64,000 nucleotides of DNA from Pseudomonadota bacterium (GTDB lineage: Archaea > Thermoplasmatota > SW-10-69-26 > JACQPN01 > JAJPHT01): assembly GCA_021325135.1 (NCBI GenBank), contig JAJPHT010000027.1:1-64000 (forward strand), given 5' to 3'. Within the stretch, counting starts at the first letter, position 1. Each line of letters begins with the position of its first letter. This document shows, in pieces, positions 1 to 9,605 of this stretch. Under the pieces are notes generated by a model, which ran no database searches, was not told the origin of the DNA, and worked only from the letters and a program-made list of their open reading frames with translations. A program made the position numbers and the translations under genes.

Positions 1-89
1 ACGCTGAGGTTCTTCGTCGCGCAGAAGGCCAGGATGCCGGTCATGTTGGAGAAGCCGGCGAGGGTGGAGGAGGGAACGTCGGGGTGCAT
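1..89 (-). CDS. N-terminus of a gene running off the window edge, divergent from the iron permease
   Basis: ATG at 89 reads MHPDVPSSTLAGFSNMTGILAFCATKNLS, open to the edge, with a GGAGG-like SD upstream. Confidence 0.4.
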   Translation of the reverse strand, partial: MHPDVPSSTLAGFSNMTGILAFCATKNLS

Positions 90-244
90 GAGACGGCCCT
101 CCTGGGGTCCCCTAGTTCCTGCTTGTTGAACACGGGCTCTCAAGTCGGGTGCCAGGCGTTCTAGGCTTGCCCGCAGAGTCACTTTGATATGGCATGGGCG
201 TATCCCGGCGACGCAGGGGTCGAAAACCCGAGGCTCGCGCCCGG

Positions 245-293
245 GATTTCGGCTGACCTAAATTCAGCCGATGAAGATTTCGGCTCGCCTAAA
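245..293. promoter_or_regulatory. Two tandem DtxR/IdeR-like iron boxes
   Basis: GATTTCGGCTGACCTAAA (245-262) and GATTTCGGCTCGCCTAAA (276-293) resemble TTAGGnnnnCCTAA and lie directly upstream of an iron permease. Confidence 0.6.
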
Positions 294-305
294 CCGTGAT
301 CCCCC

Positions 306-2444
306 ATGCGCGCGACCTCCGTGGCCGTCCTCGTCCTCCTGCTGGCGATGCCCATCGTCCAGGCCACCGGGGACCCGACGCCCTTGGAGAGCGCCCGCGC
401 GCTCCACGACGCCCTGGTCCGGGGCGACGCCGTCGCAGCGCAAGCTGCATATGCGCAAGGCCTCCACGGGGGCATCGCCGCGCGGGACCCCGCGCTGGAC
501 GCCAACCTCACCGCCGCGCTGGGCTCCGCGAACGCGACCGTGCGCGCGCCGGCCATCGGCGACATGATCGCCGTGGGCGCGCTGGAGCGGGGCGACGAGC
601 AGCCCTGGCGCGACGTGGCCGCCTACCAGCTCAACCTCAGCGGCCCCGCCACCGACGCGCCCCTCTTCCGCGCGCAGGCCACGCGCGCCCTCGCCATCGA
701 GGTGCGCCAGCGCATGGCGGACGCGCTCTCCCTCTGGGACGAGCCCGCCAAGTCCGCCGCCCAGGCGGAGGCCGCGCAGGTCGCGTTCGGCCCCGTCGCG
801 GGCGCCGTCGAGCCCGTCGTGGGCGCGCCCTATGCAGCGCAGCTCGCCGACGAGGTCGCCTCCTTCGTCGAGGCCGTGCAGTCGGGCGACAAGGGCGAGG
901 CCACCGACGCCTCGGGCGTCGCGTCCTCCATCCTCTCCGAGTTCATCGCGCCCCCGACCACCATGGACGAGCGCCTGGCCAAGGTCGTCTCCGCCGCGGA
1001 CCTCCTGGGCTCCGAGTACGACGAGTACGTGAAGGGCGGCCAGGTCGTCGACCAGGACGCCTACGACCACGAGGTCCTCGGCGTCTTCGTGCCCGGGCTG
1101 GAGCAGCGCTGGAGTGCCGTCGAAGGCGACGTCGCCAAGGGGTGGCCCGCGCAGGAGGCCGCGCTGGACCAGGCCGTCGACTCGCTCAAGGAGAAGGTGG
1201 CCGCCAAGGCGCCCAACGCCGAGGTGGCCGCCCTCGTCCAGACGATCCACCGCGAGGCGGCCGAGGTCACGCCCTCCGCCGGGGCGCCCTCGGGCTCGTC
1301 CTCCTACGAGGCCGACGCCGCCGCGCTCCACGACGCGGTCGCCCGCGGGCTCGCCCTCGCGCAGGCGGGCGACAAGGCGGGCGCCCTCTCCGCGCTCCAG
1401 GCGGCGTACCTCGACGTGTACGGGCCCAGGCTGGAGCCTCGCGTCCTCGCGACGAGCCCCGCGATGAACCGCGACATCGAGTCGATTCTCAACCAGCAGC
1501 TTCCCGACGCCGTGAAGCGCGGCGCGTCCGCGGACGAGCTTCGCGCGCTCTCGGACGCCCTCGACGCCAAGGTGCAGGACGCGGGCGCCCTGGTGTCGGG
1601 CGCCTCGGGCAGCGACCCCGCGGCGTTCCTCAACGCCTTCCTCATCATGCTCCGCGAGGGCTTCGAGGCCATCCTCGTGCTGGGCGCGCTGGCGACGTAC
1701 CTCCTCCGCACGGGCCACAAGGCGAAGACGCCCCTCCTCTACGCGGGCGCCGGCGTCGGCGTGCTGGCCACGCTCGCGCTCTACGTCGCGGTCCAGCTCC
1801 TCGTCGACTCGCTGCCCGTCTCCCGCGACATCCTGGAGGGCGCGACCGCGCTCCTCGCCGTGGTCGTCCTCTTCTACGTCTCCTACTGGCTCATCTCCAA
1901 GGTGGAGGTGGGCAAGTGGAACCGCTTCATCCAGGGCAAGATGAAGGGCGCCCTCGCCAGCGGCAACGCGTATGCGCTCGCGGGCGTGGCGTTCCTGGCG
2001 GTCTTCCGCGAGGGGTTCGAGACGGTCCTCTTCTACCAGGGGCTCTACGGCAGCGGCGGGCACGGCGTGGCCATCACCGCGGGCGTCCTCGTGGGCGTCG
2101 TCGCCCTCGCGCTGGTCTTCCTGGGCTTCTACCGCTTCGGCGTGAAGATCCCCATGCGCCCCTTCTTCATCGTGACCAGCGCGCTGCTCTACTACCTCGC
2201 CTTCGCCTTCGCGGGCAAGGGCGTCCACGAATTGCAGGACGCGGGCGTCGTGACCACGACGATCCTCGGGCCCCTCGCCTCGGTCCTCGCGCTGCCCGTC
2301 GTGTCGGACGCTGCCTCGTTCCTGGGCGTCTTCCCCACGGCGGAGACGCTCCTCGCGCAGGCGGCGCTCCTGGTCGCCATCGCGGGCGGCCTCGCGTGGA
2401 CCCTGGTGTGGGAGCCCCGCCGCGCGCGGGCCGCGGACGCCTAG
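306..2444 (+). CDS. FTR1-family high-affinity iron permease with a large N-terminal extracellular domain
   Basis: Signal peptide; two REGFE motifs in the C-terminal multi-TM domain. Confidence 0.9.
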   Translation: MRATSVAVLVLLLAMPIVQATGDPTPLESARALHDALVRGDAVAAQAAYAQGLHGGIAARDPALDANLTAALGSANATVRAPAIGDMIAVGALERGDEQPWRDVAAYQLNLSGPATDAPLFRAQATRALAIEVRQRMADALSLWDEPAKSAAQAEAAQVAFGPVAGAVEPVVGAPYAAQLADEVASFVEAVQSGDKGEATDASGVASSILSEFIAPPTTMDERLAKVVSAADLLGSEYDEYVKGGQVVDQDAYDHEVLGVFVPGLEQRWSAVEGDVAKGWPAQEAALDQAVDSLKEKVAAKAPNAEVAALVQTIHREAAEVTPSAGAPSGSSSYEADAAALHDAVARGLALAQAGDKAGALSALQAAYLDVYGPRLEPRVLATSPAMNRDIESILNQQLPDAVKRGASADELRALSDALDAKVQDAGALVSGASGSDPAAFLNAFLIMLREGFEAILVLGALATYLLRTGHKAKTPLLYAGAGVGVLATLALYVAVQLLVDSLPVSRDILEGATALLAVVVLFYVSYWLISKVEVGKWNRFIQGKMKGALASGNAYALAGVAFLAVFREGFETVLFYQGLYGSGGHGVAITAGVLVGVVALALVFLGFYRFGVKIPMRPFFIVTSALLYYLAFAFAGKGVHELQDAGVVTTTILGPLASVLALPVVSDAASFLGVFPTAETLLAQAALLVAIAGGLAWTLVWEPRRARAADA

Positions 2445-3109
2445 GCCATCTCCACGAACGCGCGAAGCCGCTCCGTTCTCGGACTCGCCAGCGTCTCCGC
2501 TGCGGGCCCCTCCTCCACGATGCGCCCCTCCTCCAGCAGCGCGACGCGGTCCGCGAGCCGCCGCGCCTGCGCCACGCTGTGCGTGACCAGGAGGACCGCG
2601 CAGCCGCGGGCGCGCTCGGCGCGGAGGAGGTCCTCCACGCGGCGCGTCCACTCAGGGTCGAGCTGGTTGGTGGCCTCGTCCAGGAGGAGCGCGTCGGGGC
2701 GCGCGACGAGGGCGCGGGCCAGCCCTGCGCGCTGCGCCTCGCCGCCGCTCAACGTCCACGCGCCCGCGTCGGCCCGCGCCGCGAGGCCCAGCGCGACCAG
2801 GCGCTCCGCCGCGACGCGGCGCGCGGTGGCGCGCGACGCGCCGCGCACGCGCAGTGGGTACGCGACGTTGTCCAGCGTGGAGGCGCGCAGGAAGCCGGGC
2901 CGCTGCTGGACGAGCCCGATGCGACGCAGCGGCGGCGCGGCGACGTGGCCGCTCTCCGGCGCGAGGAGCGTCGCGAGGATGCGCACGAGCGTCGTCTTGC
3001 CCGAGCCGCTGGGCCCCAGGAGCGCCACGCACTCGCCCGCCGCCACCGAGAGGCTCGCGTCGCGAAGCGCCCACTTGGCAATGCCGCGCGCCTGGAGGAG
3101 CGGCGTCAC
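2441..3109 (-). CDS. tupC: Tungstate ABC transporter ATPase
   Basis: GPSGSGKTT, LSGGE, LLLDE; GTG start overlaps the permease stop. Confidence 0.8.
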   Translation of the reverse strand: MTPLLQARGIAKWALRDASLSVAAGECVALLGPSGSGKTTLVRILATLLAPESGHVAAPPLRRIGLVQQRPGFLRASTLDNVAYPLRVRGASRATARRVAAERLVALGLAARADAGAWTLSGGEAQRAGLARALVARPDALLLDEATNQLDPEWTRRVEDLLRAERARGCAVLLVTHSVAQARRLADRVALLEEGRIVEEGPAAETLASPRTERLRAFVEMA

Positions 3110-3720
3110 GCCTCGTCCTCCCCGCGGCGCGACTGGAGCCACGCGAGGCCCAGCGTCAGCGCGAACGCCAGCAGGAGGAGCAGCGCGCCAAGGGCGAGCG
3201 CCTCGGCGAAGTCGCCCTGCCCCACGTCCTGGAGGATCGCGGTGCCCAGCGTGCGCGTCTCGCCCTTGACGTTGCCGCCCACGAGGAGCGCGCCGGCCAC
3301 CTCGGCGAGGCTGCGCCCCATCCCCACCATGAGCGCGGCGACGATGCCCGCGCGCGCCTCGCCCACGAGCGTCCACGCGGCGCGCGCGGGGCCCGCGCCG
3401 CTCGCGCGCACGGCCTCGCGCACGTTGGCGGGCACCTCCGCCAGCGCGGCGACGGTGAGCCCCGCGATGAGCGGCGCCGCGAGGAACGACTCCACGACGA
3501 CGATGGCCGTGGGCGTGAAGAGGAGGCGCAGCGCGCCCAGCGGCCCTTCCCGCGACATGAGGAGATAGCCCAGCAGGCCTGCGATCACGGGAGGCAGGCT
3601 GTAGAGCGTGTAGAGCATCACGCGGAAGACGGAGCGGCGCCTCGCGCGCAGCCCCAGGAGCGCGCCCACGGGCACGCCCACGAGCGCGCCCAGGAGCGTC
3701 GCCTCCACCGTCACGCGCAC
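3106..3720 (-). CDS. tupB: Tungstate ABC transporter permease (start may extend to CTG 3753)
   Basis: LPPVIAGL...GPLG...EVAGALLVGGNVKGETRTL, TupB-like. Confidence 0.85.
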   Translation of the reverse strand: MRVTVEATLLGALVGVPVGALLGLRARRRSVFRVMLYTLYSLPPVIAGLLGYLLMSREGPLGALRLLFTPTAIVVVESFLAAPLIAGLTVAALAEVPANVREAVRASGAGPARAAWTLVGEARAGIVAALMVGMGRSLAEVAGALLVGGNVKGETRTLGTAILQDVGQGDFAEALALGALLLLLAFALTLGLAWLQSRRGEDEA

Positions 3721-3756
3721 CGTGAGGAGCAGGATGCCAAGGAGGTCGTCCAGGCG

Positions 3757-4587
3757 TCAGCCCCCCGGCTCGTCGGCGTCGGGGAAGAACACCTGCGCGC
3801 CCCCGACGCGATACGCCGCCACGACGGCCTGCCCGCGCGGGCCGGTGATCCAGTCCGCGAAGCGCTGCGCGAGGTCCTGGTGGACGCCCGGGTGCCGGGT
3901 CGCGTTCACCGGCGTCACGCCGTAGGGGTTGCGCAGCGCCGCGGGGTCGTTCTGGAAGAGGATGGCGAGGTGGCCAAGCTGCCCGTGCGCGCGCATGTTG
4001 GCCCACGTCGCCTCGTCGCTCAGCGCGTAGGCACCGGTCTGGTCCGCGAGGAGGAGCGTCTGCGACTGGCCCGAGCCGGTCTGCTTGTACCACGAGGCCG
4101 GGAACGTCGAGGCGTTGAGCCCCGCGGAGGCCCACAGCGACTTCTCCTTGACGTCGGTGCCCGACTTGTCGGCGCGGCTCGCGAAGGGGGAGGCGTTCTC
4201 GTGGACGCGCTGCAGGGCGAGGCTCGCGTTGGGCGCGGAGGCGATGCCCGCGGGGTCCTCCGTGGGGCCCACTAGGAGGAAGCGGTTGAACATCACGGGC
4301 CTCCGCGCGGTGCCGTCGCCCGCGGCCACGAGCTGGAGCTCGGCGGCGCGGCTGTGCGCGAGCAGCACGTCGACGTCGCCCCGCGCGGCCTTGGCGAGGA
4401 TCTCCCCCGAGCCCGCGACGACGGCCTTCGCGTGGATGCCCGTGTCGTTCTCGAACGCAGGGAGCAGCACGTCCAGCAGGCCCGAGTCCTGGGTCGTGGT
4501 CGTCGTGCCCAGGATCAGCGTGGGCTGCGCGGGCGCGGCGCACCCGGGGACCAGGAGCAGCAGGGCGACGAGGGCGAGGGCGCGCAC
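3757..4587 (-). CDS. tupA: Tungstate-binding lipoprotein
   Basis: Lipobox VPGC; TTTTTQDSGLL and SRADKSGT motifs. Confidence 0.85.
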   Translation of the reverse strand: MRALALVALLLLVPGCAAPAQPTLILGTTTTTQDSGLLDVLLPAFENDTGIHAKAVVAGSGEILAKAARGDVDVLLAHSRAAELQLVAAGDGTARRPVMFNRFLLVGPTEDPAGIASAPNASLALQRVHENASPFASRADKSGTDVKEKSLWASAGLNASTFPASWYKQTGSGQSQTLLLADQTGAYALSDEATWANMRAHGQLGHLAILFQNDPAALRNPYGVTPVNATRHPGVHQDLAQRFADWITGPRGQAVVAAYRVGGAQVFFPDADEPGG

Positions 4588-4646
4588 GGCGGACCAGCGG
4601 CCGCGGGGCGGAAACCCTTTCGCTCCGAAGGGTCGTTTGACCCTTC

Positions 4647-5249
4647 GTGTTCGGCTTCGATGCGAGGACCCGCGCCCTGCTGGCGGCCTTGGCGCGGCAG
4701 GGCACGCTGGCGGCCGCGGCGCGCGAGGTGGGCATGGACCCCAGCAACGCGCGGCGCCACCTGCGCGCGGCGGAGGCGCGGCACGGCGCGCCCCTCGTGG
4801 CCGCGACGCGCGGAGGGGCCTCCCGCGGCGCGACGCGGCTGAGGCGCGCGGGCCGCGCGCTCCTGGCGCCGGGCCTCCTGGCGCGCGCCGAGGCCTACGA
4901 CGCGAAGGAGGGCGTCACGCCGCTGCGGCTCGGCCGGAGGGTCCTCCACGCGGCGGGCCCCGCGCCGACGCCCACGGTGCGCGTCGCGTTCCGCCCCGAG
5001 GACGTGGGCCTGGAGCGGCCGCAGAAGGGGCGCCCGGCGCGCAGCGTCCGCAACGCGCTGCCCGCGGTGGTGGAGCGCATCGAGCCCTCCGCAGAGGGGA
5101 CGCTCCGGGTGCGGCTCCTGGCGGGGGACCTCCCTTTGGAGGCGCGCATCACGCGCGGCGCGCTGCGGGAGCTTCGCCTGCGCGAGGGGAGCCGCGTCGT
5201 GGCGACGCTGAAGGCGACCGCCATCCGCATGGAGGCCGTGCGCCCGTAG
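4647..5249 (+). CDS. ModE-like regulator (HTH plus TOBE)
   Basis: N-terminal HTH (GTLAAAAREVGMD...TRGG), C-terminal TOBE (ARITRGALRELRL...KATAI); divergent from tup. Confidence 0.75.
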   Translation: MFGFDARTRALLAALARQGTLAAAAREVGMDPSNARRHLRAAEARHGAPLVAATRGGASRGATRLRRAGRALLAPGLLARAEAYDAKEGVTPLRLGRRVLHAAGPAPTPTVRVAFRPEDVGLERPQKGRPARSVRNALPAVVERIEPSAEGTLRVRLLAGDLPLEARITRGALRELRLREGSRVVATLKATAIRMEAVRP

Positions 5250-5368
5250 CGAGCGCGAAGCGCGAGCACCCTCGGGGCCTGGGGCGGAGCCCCCGAGAAA
5301 AACGCCTGTGCGAGCCTTGCGAGGTCTCCTCCCTCGTGCTCCTGCCGGGGGCGTTGCCCCCAAACCCC
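5250..5368. repeat. GC-rich palindromic intergenic element (REP-like or bidirectional terminator)
   Basis: GGGGCGGAGCCCC and GGGGGCGTTGCCCCCAAACCCC hairpins between convergent genes; shares two words with 25060-25110. Confidence 0.4.
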
Positions 5369-5839
5369 TCAGTGAACGTTGACCCGGAACACGTCCGACT
5401 TGACCCAGCCCACCTGGAAGAGCTTCATCTCCAGCGTGTACTCGGAGTTGCGCAGCGAGTCGGGGATCTTCACGTACACGTCCACCGTGGGGTGGTCGGC
5501 GTCCATCTTGAACTGGTCCGCCGTCGTGCCGTTCTGCTCCAGGCGCAGCGACACGTCGCCGGGCTTCTTGGTGTCGTAGCTGCCCCCGAAGGTGATGCCC
5601 TTCTCGTTGAACTTCAATTCCTCCACAGCGAACTGCCGGTCGATGGTGAAGCTAGGCGAGGCGTGCGTGAGGCTCTTGGTGAGGTTGAGCGTGAAGTGCG
5701 CCTCCTCCCCGGTGAACCAGCCGATCTTGTCGGGCTTCAATTCGAAGTTGGAGGCGCTCGCGCCGCTGGCGGTGCAGCCCGCCAGCACGGCGAGCGCGAC
5801 GAGGAGGGTCAGACCCAACGGTGCCGCGCGCATGTGCAT
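5369..5839 (-). CDS. Hypothetical lipoprotein
   Basis: LAGC lipobox; beta-rich mature part. Confidence 0.7.
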   Translation of the reverse strand: MHMRAAPLGLTLLVALAVLAGCTASGASASNFELKPDKIGWFTGEEAHFTLNLTKSLTHASPSFTIDRQFAVEELKFNEKGITFGGSYDTKKPGDVSLRLEQNGTTADQFKMDADHPTVDVYVKIPDSLRNSEYTLEMKLFQVGWVKSDVFRVNVH

Positions 5840-5923
5840 CCCGGCGACGCATCTCGGTCCCCGGGCGATGGGGGTTTCGATCTGCCTGCGGACCGGAGGG
5901 GTTTATCCCCTCGCCGCGGACGC

Positions 5924-6118
5924 TCAGCAGAAGGGATCGCAGGGGTACCCCGCGACGGCGCGCGCCCAGTTGATGAGGGCTGACGCGAAGGCGGCGTCCT
6001 CGCCGGGGCCGCACGTCGCCCCGCAGGAAGGGGGAGCCGGAGGCGGGGGGAGGGCGGCCGCGAGGGGCGTCGCGAGGCAGAGCGTCACGCACAGGAAGAC
6101 GAGCGCGAAGGTCTTCAT
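5924..6118 (-). CDS. Small secreted Cys/Pro-containing peptide
   Basis: MKTFALVFLC...AAA signal; four Cys in the mature region. Confidence 0.55.
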   Translation of the reverse strand: MKTFALVFLCVTLCLATPLAAALPPPPAPPSCGATCGPGEDAAFASALINWARAVAGYPCDPFC

Positions 6119-6277
6119 GGTCATCCTTGCCCCGGAAGGGAGCTCACGGGGCCTAAGGGAGCGCAGGAAAAACCCTGCGCCGGCCCCCGCCGGGGAGGGC
6201 CCGCGGAGGCGGCAGGGCGCAAAGGGTTCACAACAACCTTCTTAAGCCGCCCTCCCCGGTCATCGACGAGGCTCGCC

Positions 6278-7534
6278 ATGCGTCGCGTCGTCCTCGCGTT
6301 TGCCCTGGTCGCGGTCCTGGCCCTGTCGGGCTGCGCGGGCACCGGGCTCCTGACCACCGCGTCCACCGGCGGGGCGGGCAGCAAGGCGGACGCCATGCTG
6401 GCCCACGCGCCCGGCTCGGACGTGAAGCCCACGGGCCGCACGCAGGAGTTCGACCTCTACCTCTACCCCATGAACCACACGCTCTACCCGGGCGCGTCGA
6501 TGAACATGTGGGGCTTCAGCCTGGCGCCCGACGCGACGAAGGCGCAGTTCCCCGGCCCCACGCTGCGCGTGACCGAGGGCGACCGCGTCATCATCCACTT
6601 CCACCCCGAGACGGCGGGCTACAACCACACGCTCCACTTCCACGGGCAGGACGTCCCCAACGACCAGGACGGCGTGCCCTACGTCACGCAGAAGGTCGTC
6701 GAGTCGGGCGACAGCTACGACTACGACTTCATCGCGAAGCCCGCGGGCACCTACTGGTACCACTGCCACGTCGACACGGAGCACCACATCGACATGGGCA
6801 TGTACGGCGCGTTCATCGTGGACCCGCAGAACGTCAACGACGACCCGCACTACGACGGCGAGTTCGTCATGCTGCTGGACGACATGGACCGCTACCACAA
6901 CGAGGGCGGCCGCCCGCCCACCGACACGGGCCAGGTCCCCCAGGGGGGCGACGTCTACAGCTACCAGCAGTTCCTGGAGCGCCAGGCCAACGACGCGGTC
7001 ACGCGCAACCAGGTCGTCGGCCCCGCCCTCACCGAGCAGAACACCACCTTCCGCCCCAACCGCGACTGGTACCCCGTCACCTACCTGCCCTACACGGCGG
7101 ACTACCAGACGTTCCTCATCAACGGCCAGGCGTTCCCGTACACCTCGCCCCTCGTCGTGCAGGAGAACAAGACCTACCGCATTCGCATGATCAACGCGGG
7201 CAATGAGGTCTTCTCCATGCACCTGCACGGGCACCACCTCCTCGTCACGCACGTGGACGGCGTGCTCCTGGAGAGCCCGTACTGGGTGGACAACGTGGTG
7301 ATCGCGCCGGGCCAGCGCATGGACGTCTACTTCAAGGCCGACAACCCGGGCGTGTGGGACTTCCACGACAACTTCGGGCAGCACACGCAGAACGACGACA
7401 TCTTCCCGGGCGGCGCCATGACGATGCTCTGCTATCAGGGCCTCCAGGGCTGCCCGTCGGGCCACGACCACATGCACATGGCGCACGCGCATTCGGGCGA
7501 CCTCATCGGATGGGACCCGCGTGTGCTCGCGTAG
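6278..7534 (+). CDS. Two-domain multicopper oxidase lipoprotein
   Basis: LSGC lipobox; HFHG, WYHCHxxxxxHxxxGM, MHLHGH; His-rich tail. Confidence 0.85.
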   Translation: MRRVVLAFALVAVLALSGCAGTGLLTTASTGGAGSKADAMLAHAPGSDVKPTGRTQEFDLYLYPMNHTLYPGASMNMWGFSLAPDATKAQFPGPTLRVTEGDRVIIHFHPETAGYNHTLHFHGQDVPNDQDGVPYVTQKVVESGDSYDYDFIAKPAGTYWYHCHVDTEHHIDMGMYGAFIVDPQNVNDDPHYDGEFVMLLDDMDRYHNEGGRPPTDTGQVPQGGDVYSYQQFLERQANDAVTRNQVVGPALTEQNTTFRPNRDWYPVTYLPYTADYQTFLINGQAFPYTSPLVVQENKTYRIRMINAGNEVFSMHLHGHHLLVTHVDGVLLESPYWVDNVVIAPGQRMDVYFKADNPGVWDFHDNFGQHTQNDDIFPGGAMTMLCYQGLQGCPSGHDHMHMAHAHSGDLIGWDPRVLA

Positions 7535-8693
7535 GCTCGCGCTCCTGGCGGCCCTCGCGGCGCTGGCGCCCCTGGCCGCCGCGCACGCCGACCCCTCCGA
7601 GACGGTGTACGATCCCCTGACGCTGGACCTCCACGGCTGGCTCACGGCCGAGGGCGGCATCGCGGCGAGCCCGCCCGCGGAGGGGGGCGTCTACTTCCCC
7701 AGCTACACGCCCGCGGACCCGCCCTCGCACCTGGACTTCTCCATGAAGGCGCCCTCGCGCTTCGCGCCCGCGACGGGCCTCGACGTGCGCGTGCATCTCG
7801 TGGCGGACAAGCCCGTCGTGGCGCAGGACTCGGGGGGCAGCTCGTTCACGCTCACGCTCCTCGCGGACGGCGTGGCGGTGAAGGGCGCCTCGCGCACGCT
7901 CTCGCTGGGCCAGGCCGCCCTGGCGCCCGGGGCCTCGGCGGACCTGGCGACGACGCTGCCCGCCGCGGGCGTGACGTTCGACAAGGGCGCCACGCTCACG
8001 CTGCGCGTGGCGCCCCTCGCGCCCGCGCTGGCCGACGCGTCGCTCAAGGTCGCGGTGGGCGCCTCCGCCAACTCGCACGCGGACTTCCTCGCGGCGAAGC
8101 TCCCCGGCGTCCAGGACCTGGGGCTCGACGAGCCGCCGGGCGTCACGCTCTTCCTCCTCTCCGAGAGCACCTTCCAGCCGCGGGAGCCGGACGCCGCGCT
8201 GGTGACGCTCAGCGTGTCGCAGAACCAGACGGTCGCCCTCTCCAAGGTCGCGAGCGCGCCGGTGACCTACGTCGTCCTGCGCGGCGACCACAGCGTGGCC
8301 GAGGGGCGCGCGTTCCACGAGTTCCCCGACGCCGACGCCCGCAACGCGGCCGCGCACGTCTGGCGCGTCGGGACCCAGCGCGTGCGCGTGCACCCCGGCG
8401 TGGGCGTCGCGGTGCGCGTGAACGTGACCGCGGGCAGCGTCGTGGACGTCGTCTGCGAGAGCGTCTGCCCCGCGGGCGGCTGGAAGACGAGCCTACCCCC
8501 CTTGGCCGCCACCGTCACGCAAGGCGGCGTGGCCAGCGATCCCGCCGACGTGCTGATCCCTCCTCCGCGCAACACGGCGGGCATCCCCGTCTCGGGCGAC
8601 GCGCCGCCGGAGGAGAAGAAGGCGCCCGGCCCCGCGCTCCCCCTCGTGGCGGGCGCGGCGGGGCTTACCCTCATCCTCGCAAGGCGTCGCTGA
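7521..8693 (+). CDS. Secreted surface protein with PGF-CTERM-like anchor
   Basis: Signal peptide; C-terminal KKAPG-hydrophobic-RRR. Confidence 0.7.
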   Translation: MCSRRLALLAALAALAPLAAAHADPSETVYDPLTLDLHGWLTAEGGIAASPPAEGGVYFPSYTPADPPSHLDFSMKAPSRFAPATGLDVRVHLVADKPVVAQDSGGSSFTLTLLADGVAVKGASRTLSLGQAALAPGASADLATTLPAAGVTFDKGATLTLRVAPLAPALADASLKVAVGASANSHADFLAAKLPGVQDLGLDEPPGVTLFLLSESTFQPREPDAALVTLSVSQNQTVALSKVASAPVTYVVLRGDHSVAEGRAFHEFPDADARNAAAHVWRVGTQRVRVHPGVGVAVRVNVTAGSVVDVVCESVCPAGGWKTSLPPLAATVTQGGVASDPADVLIPPPRNTAGIPVSGDAPPEEKKAPGPALPLVAGAAGLTLILARRR

Positions 8694-9327
8694 CGAGCTT
8701 GCGTTGCGCGGCGCGCAGGTGGTAGAGCGCGGTGGAGGCGGGCATCTTGAGCGCCTTCCCCACCTCGGCGATGCCGTTCCGGCGCGGCTGCGCGAAGTAG
8801 CCCAGCTTGTCCGCCTGCGCGAGCACGGCGCGCTCCCGCGGCGTGAGCAGCCGGGGCGGCGGCGCGGGCCCCGCGGCGCCCACCCTGGCGTAGCGCGGGA
8901 TGGCGGCGCCCTCCTGGCGCTCGGTGGATTCCTCCATCTCCCGCACGGCGGCGAGGAAGGCGGGGACGCGCGTCTCGGGGCGCGTGAGGATGCGCCACGT
9001 CGCGCCTTCGGCGGCCAGCTCGAAGCCCGCCAGCGTCTCGGGCCCCAGGGCGCGCTCGATCGCGGCGGCCATCCCCGTCGCGCGCTCCGAGGAGAAGAGG
9101 AGCAACCCCTCGCGCGACTCCTCCACGACCTCCACCCCTTCGCGGACGATCTCCTTCTTGACGACGCCCAGCGCGCGCCGCGAGCCCTGCCACTGCTGGA
9201 GCGCCGTCTGCCGGCCCCCCGCGACCTGGTGCTGGAGCGTCCGCATGGCGAGGCTGGGGTTGACCTGGACCAGGCGCTCCGCGCGCTGGGTCGGGTTGAG
9301 GGCGCGCCGCAGCACGATCTCCCGCAT
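8671..9327 (-). CDS. Bat-type HTH_10 transcriptional regulator
   Basis: LTPRERAVL...GYFAQPR...STALYHLRAAQRKL. Confidence 0.8.
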   Translation of the reverse strand: MREIVLRRALNPTQRAERLVQVNPSLAMRTLQHQVAGGRQTALQQWQGSRRALGVVKKEIVREGVEVVEESREGLLLFSSERATGMAAAIERALGPETLAGFELAAEGATWRILTRPETRVPAFLAAVREMEESTERQEGAAIPRYARVGAAGPAPPPRLLTPRERAVLAQADKLGYFAQPRRNGIAEVGKALKMPASTALYHLRAAQRKLVSDALRG

Positions 9328-9370
9328 GCCTCAGGGAGCGCCCTGCATATGCTCAACCTTCCGGAAGGCG

Positions 9371-9550
9371 TCAGCCCTTCTTCTCGCCCTTCTCCTCGGG
9401 GACCTTCAGGCCCTTCCGGCGCGCCTCGTCCATGGCCGCGGCGACGGCCTGGTCCTGCTTCATCCCCTTGTCCTCCACGTGGTGCTTGACCTCCTCGTGG
9501 ATGAACTTCCGCGCTTCGTCGCTGTACCCTTCCTTGCCTTTCTCGGCCAT
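9371..9550 (-). CDS. Small charged hypothetical protein (59 aa)
   Basis: MAEKGKEGYSDEARKFIHEE...QAVAAAMDEARRKGLKVP; host-like codon use. Confidence 0.65.
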   Translation of the reverse strand: MAEKGKEGYSDEARKFIHEEVKHHVEDKGMKQDQAVAAAMDEARRKGLKVPEEKGEKKG

Positions 9551-9605
9551 GCCGGGGGAACGCGGGCGCTGGAAGGGTGGTTGTTCTGGCCGGGTCGCCC
9601 ATGGC

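Noticed and set aside
264-3568. Very long alternative-frame ORFs here and throughout (e.g. 296-3568, 13375-16404, 59555-63019 full length)
   Set aside because: Arg/Gly/Pro-rich shadow frames caused by high GC; they overlap genes with clear motifs
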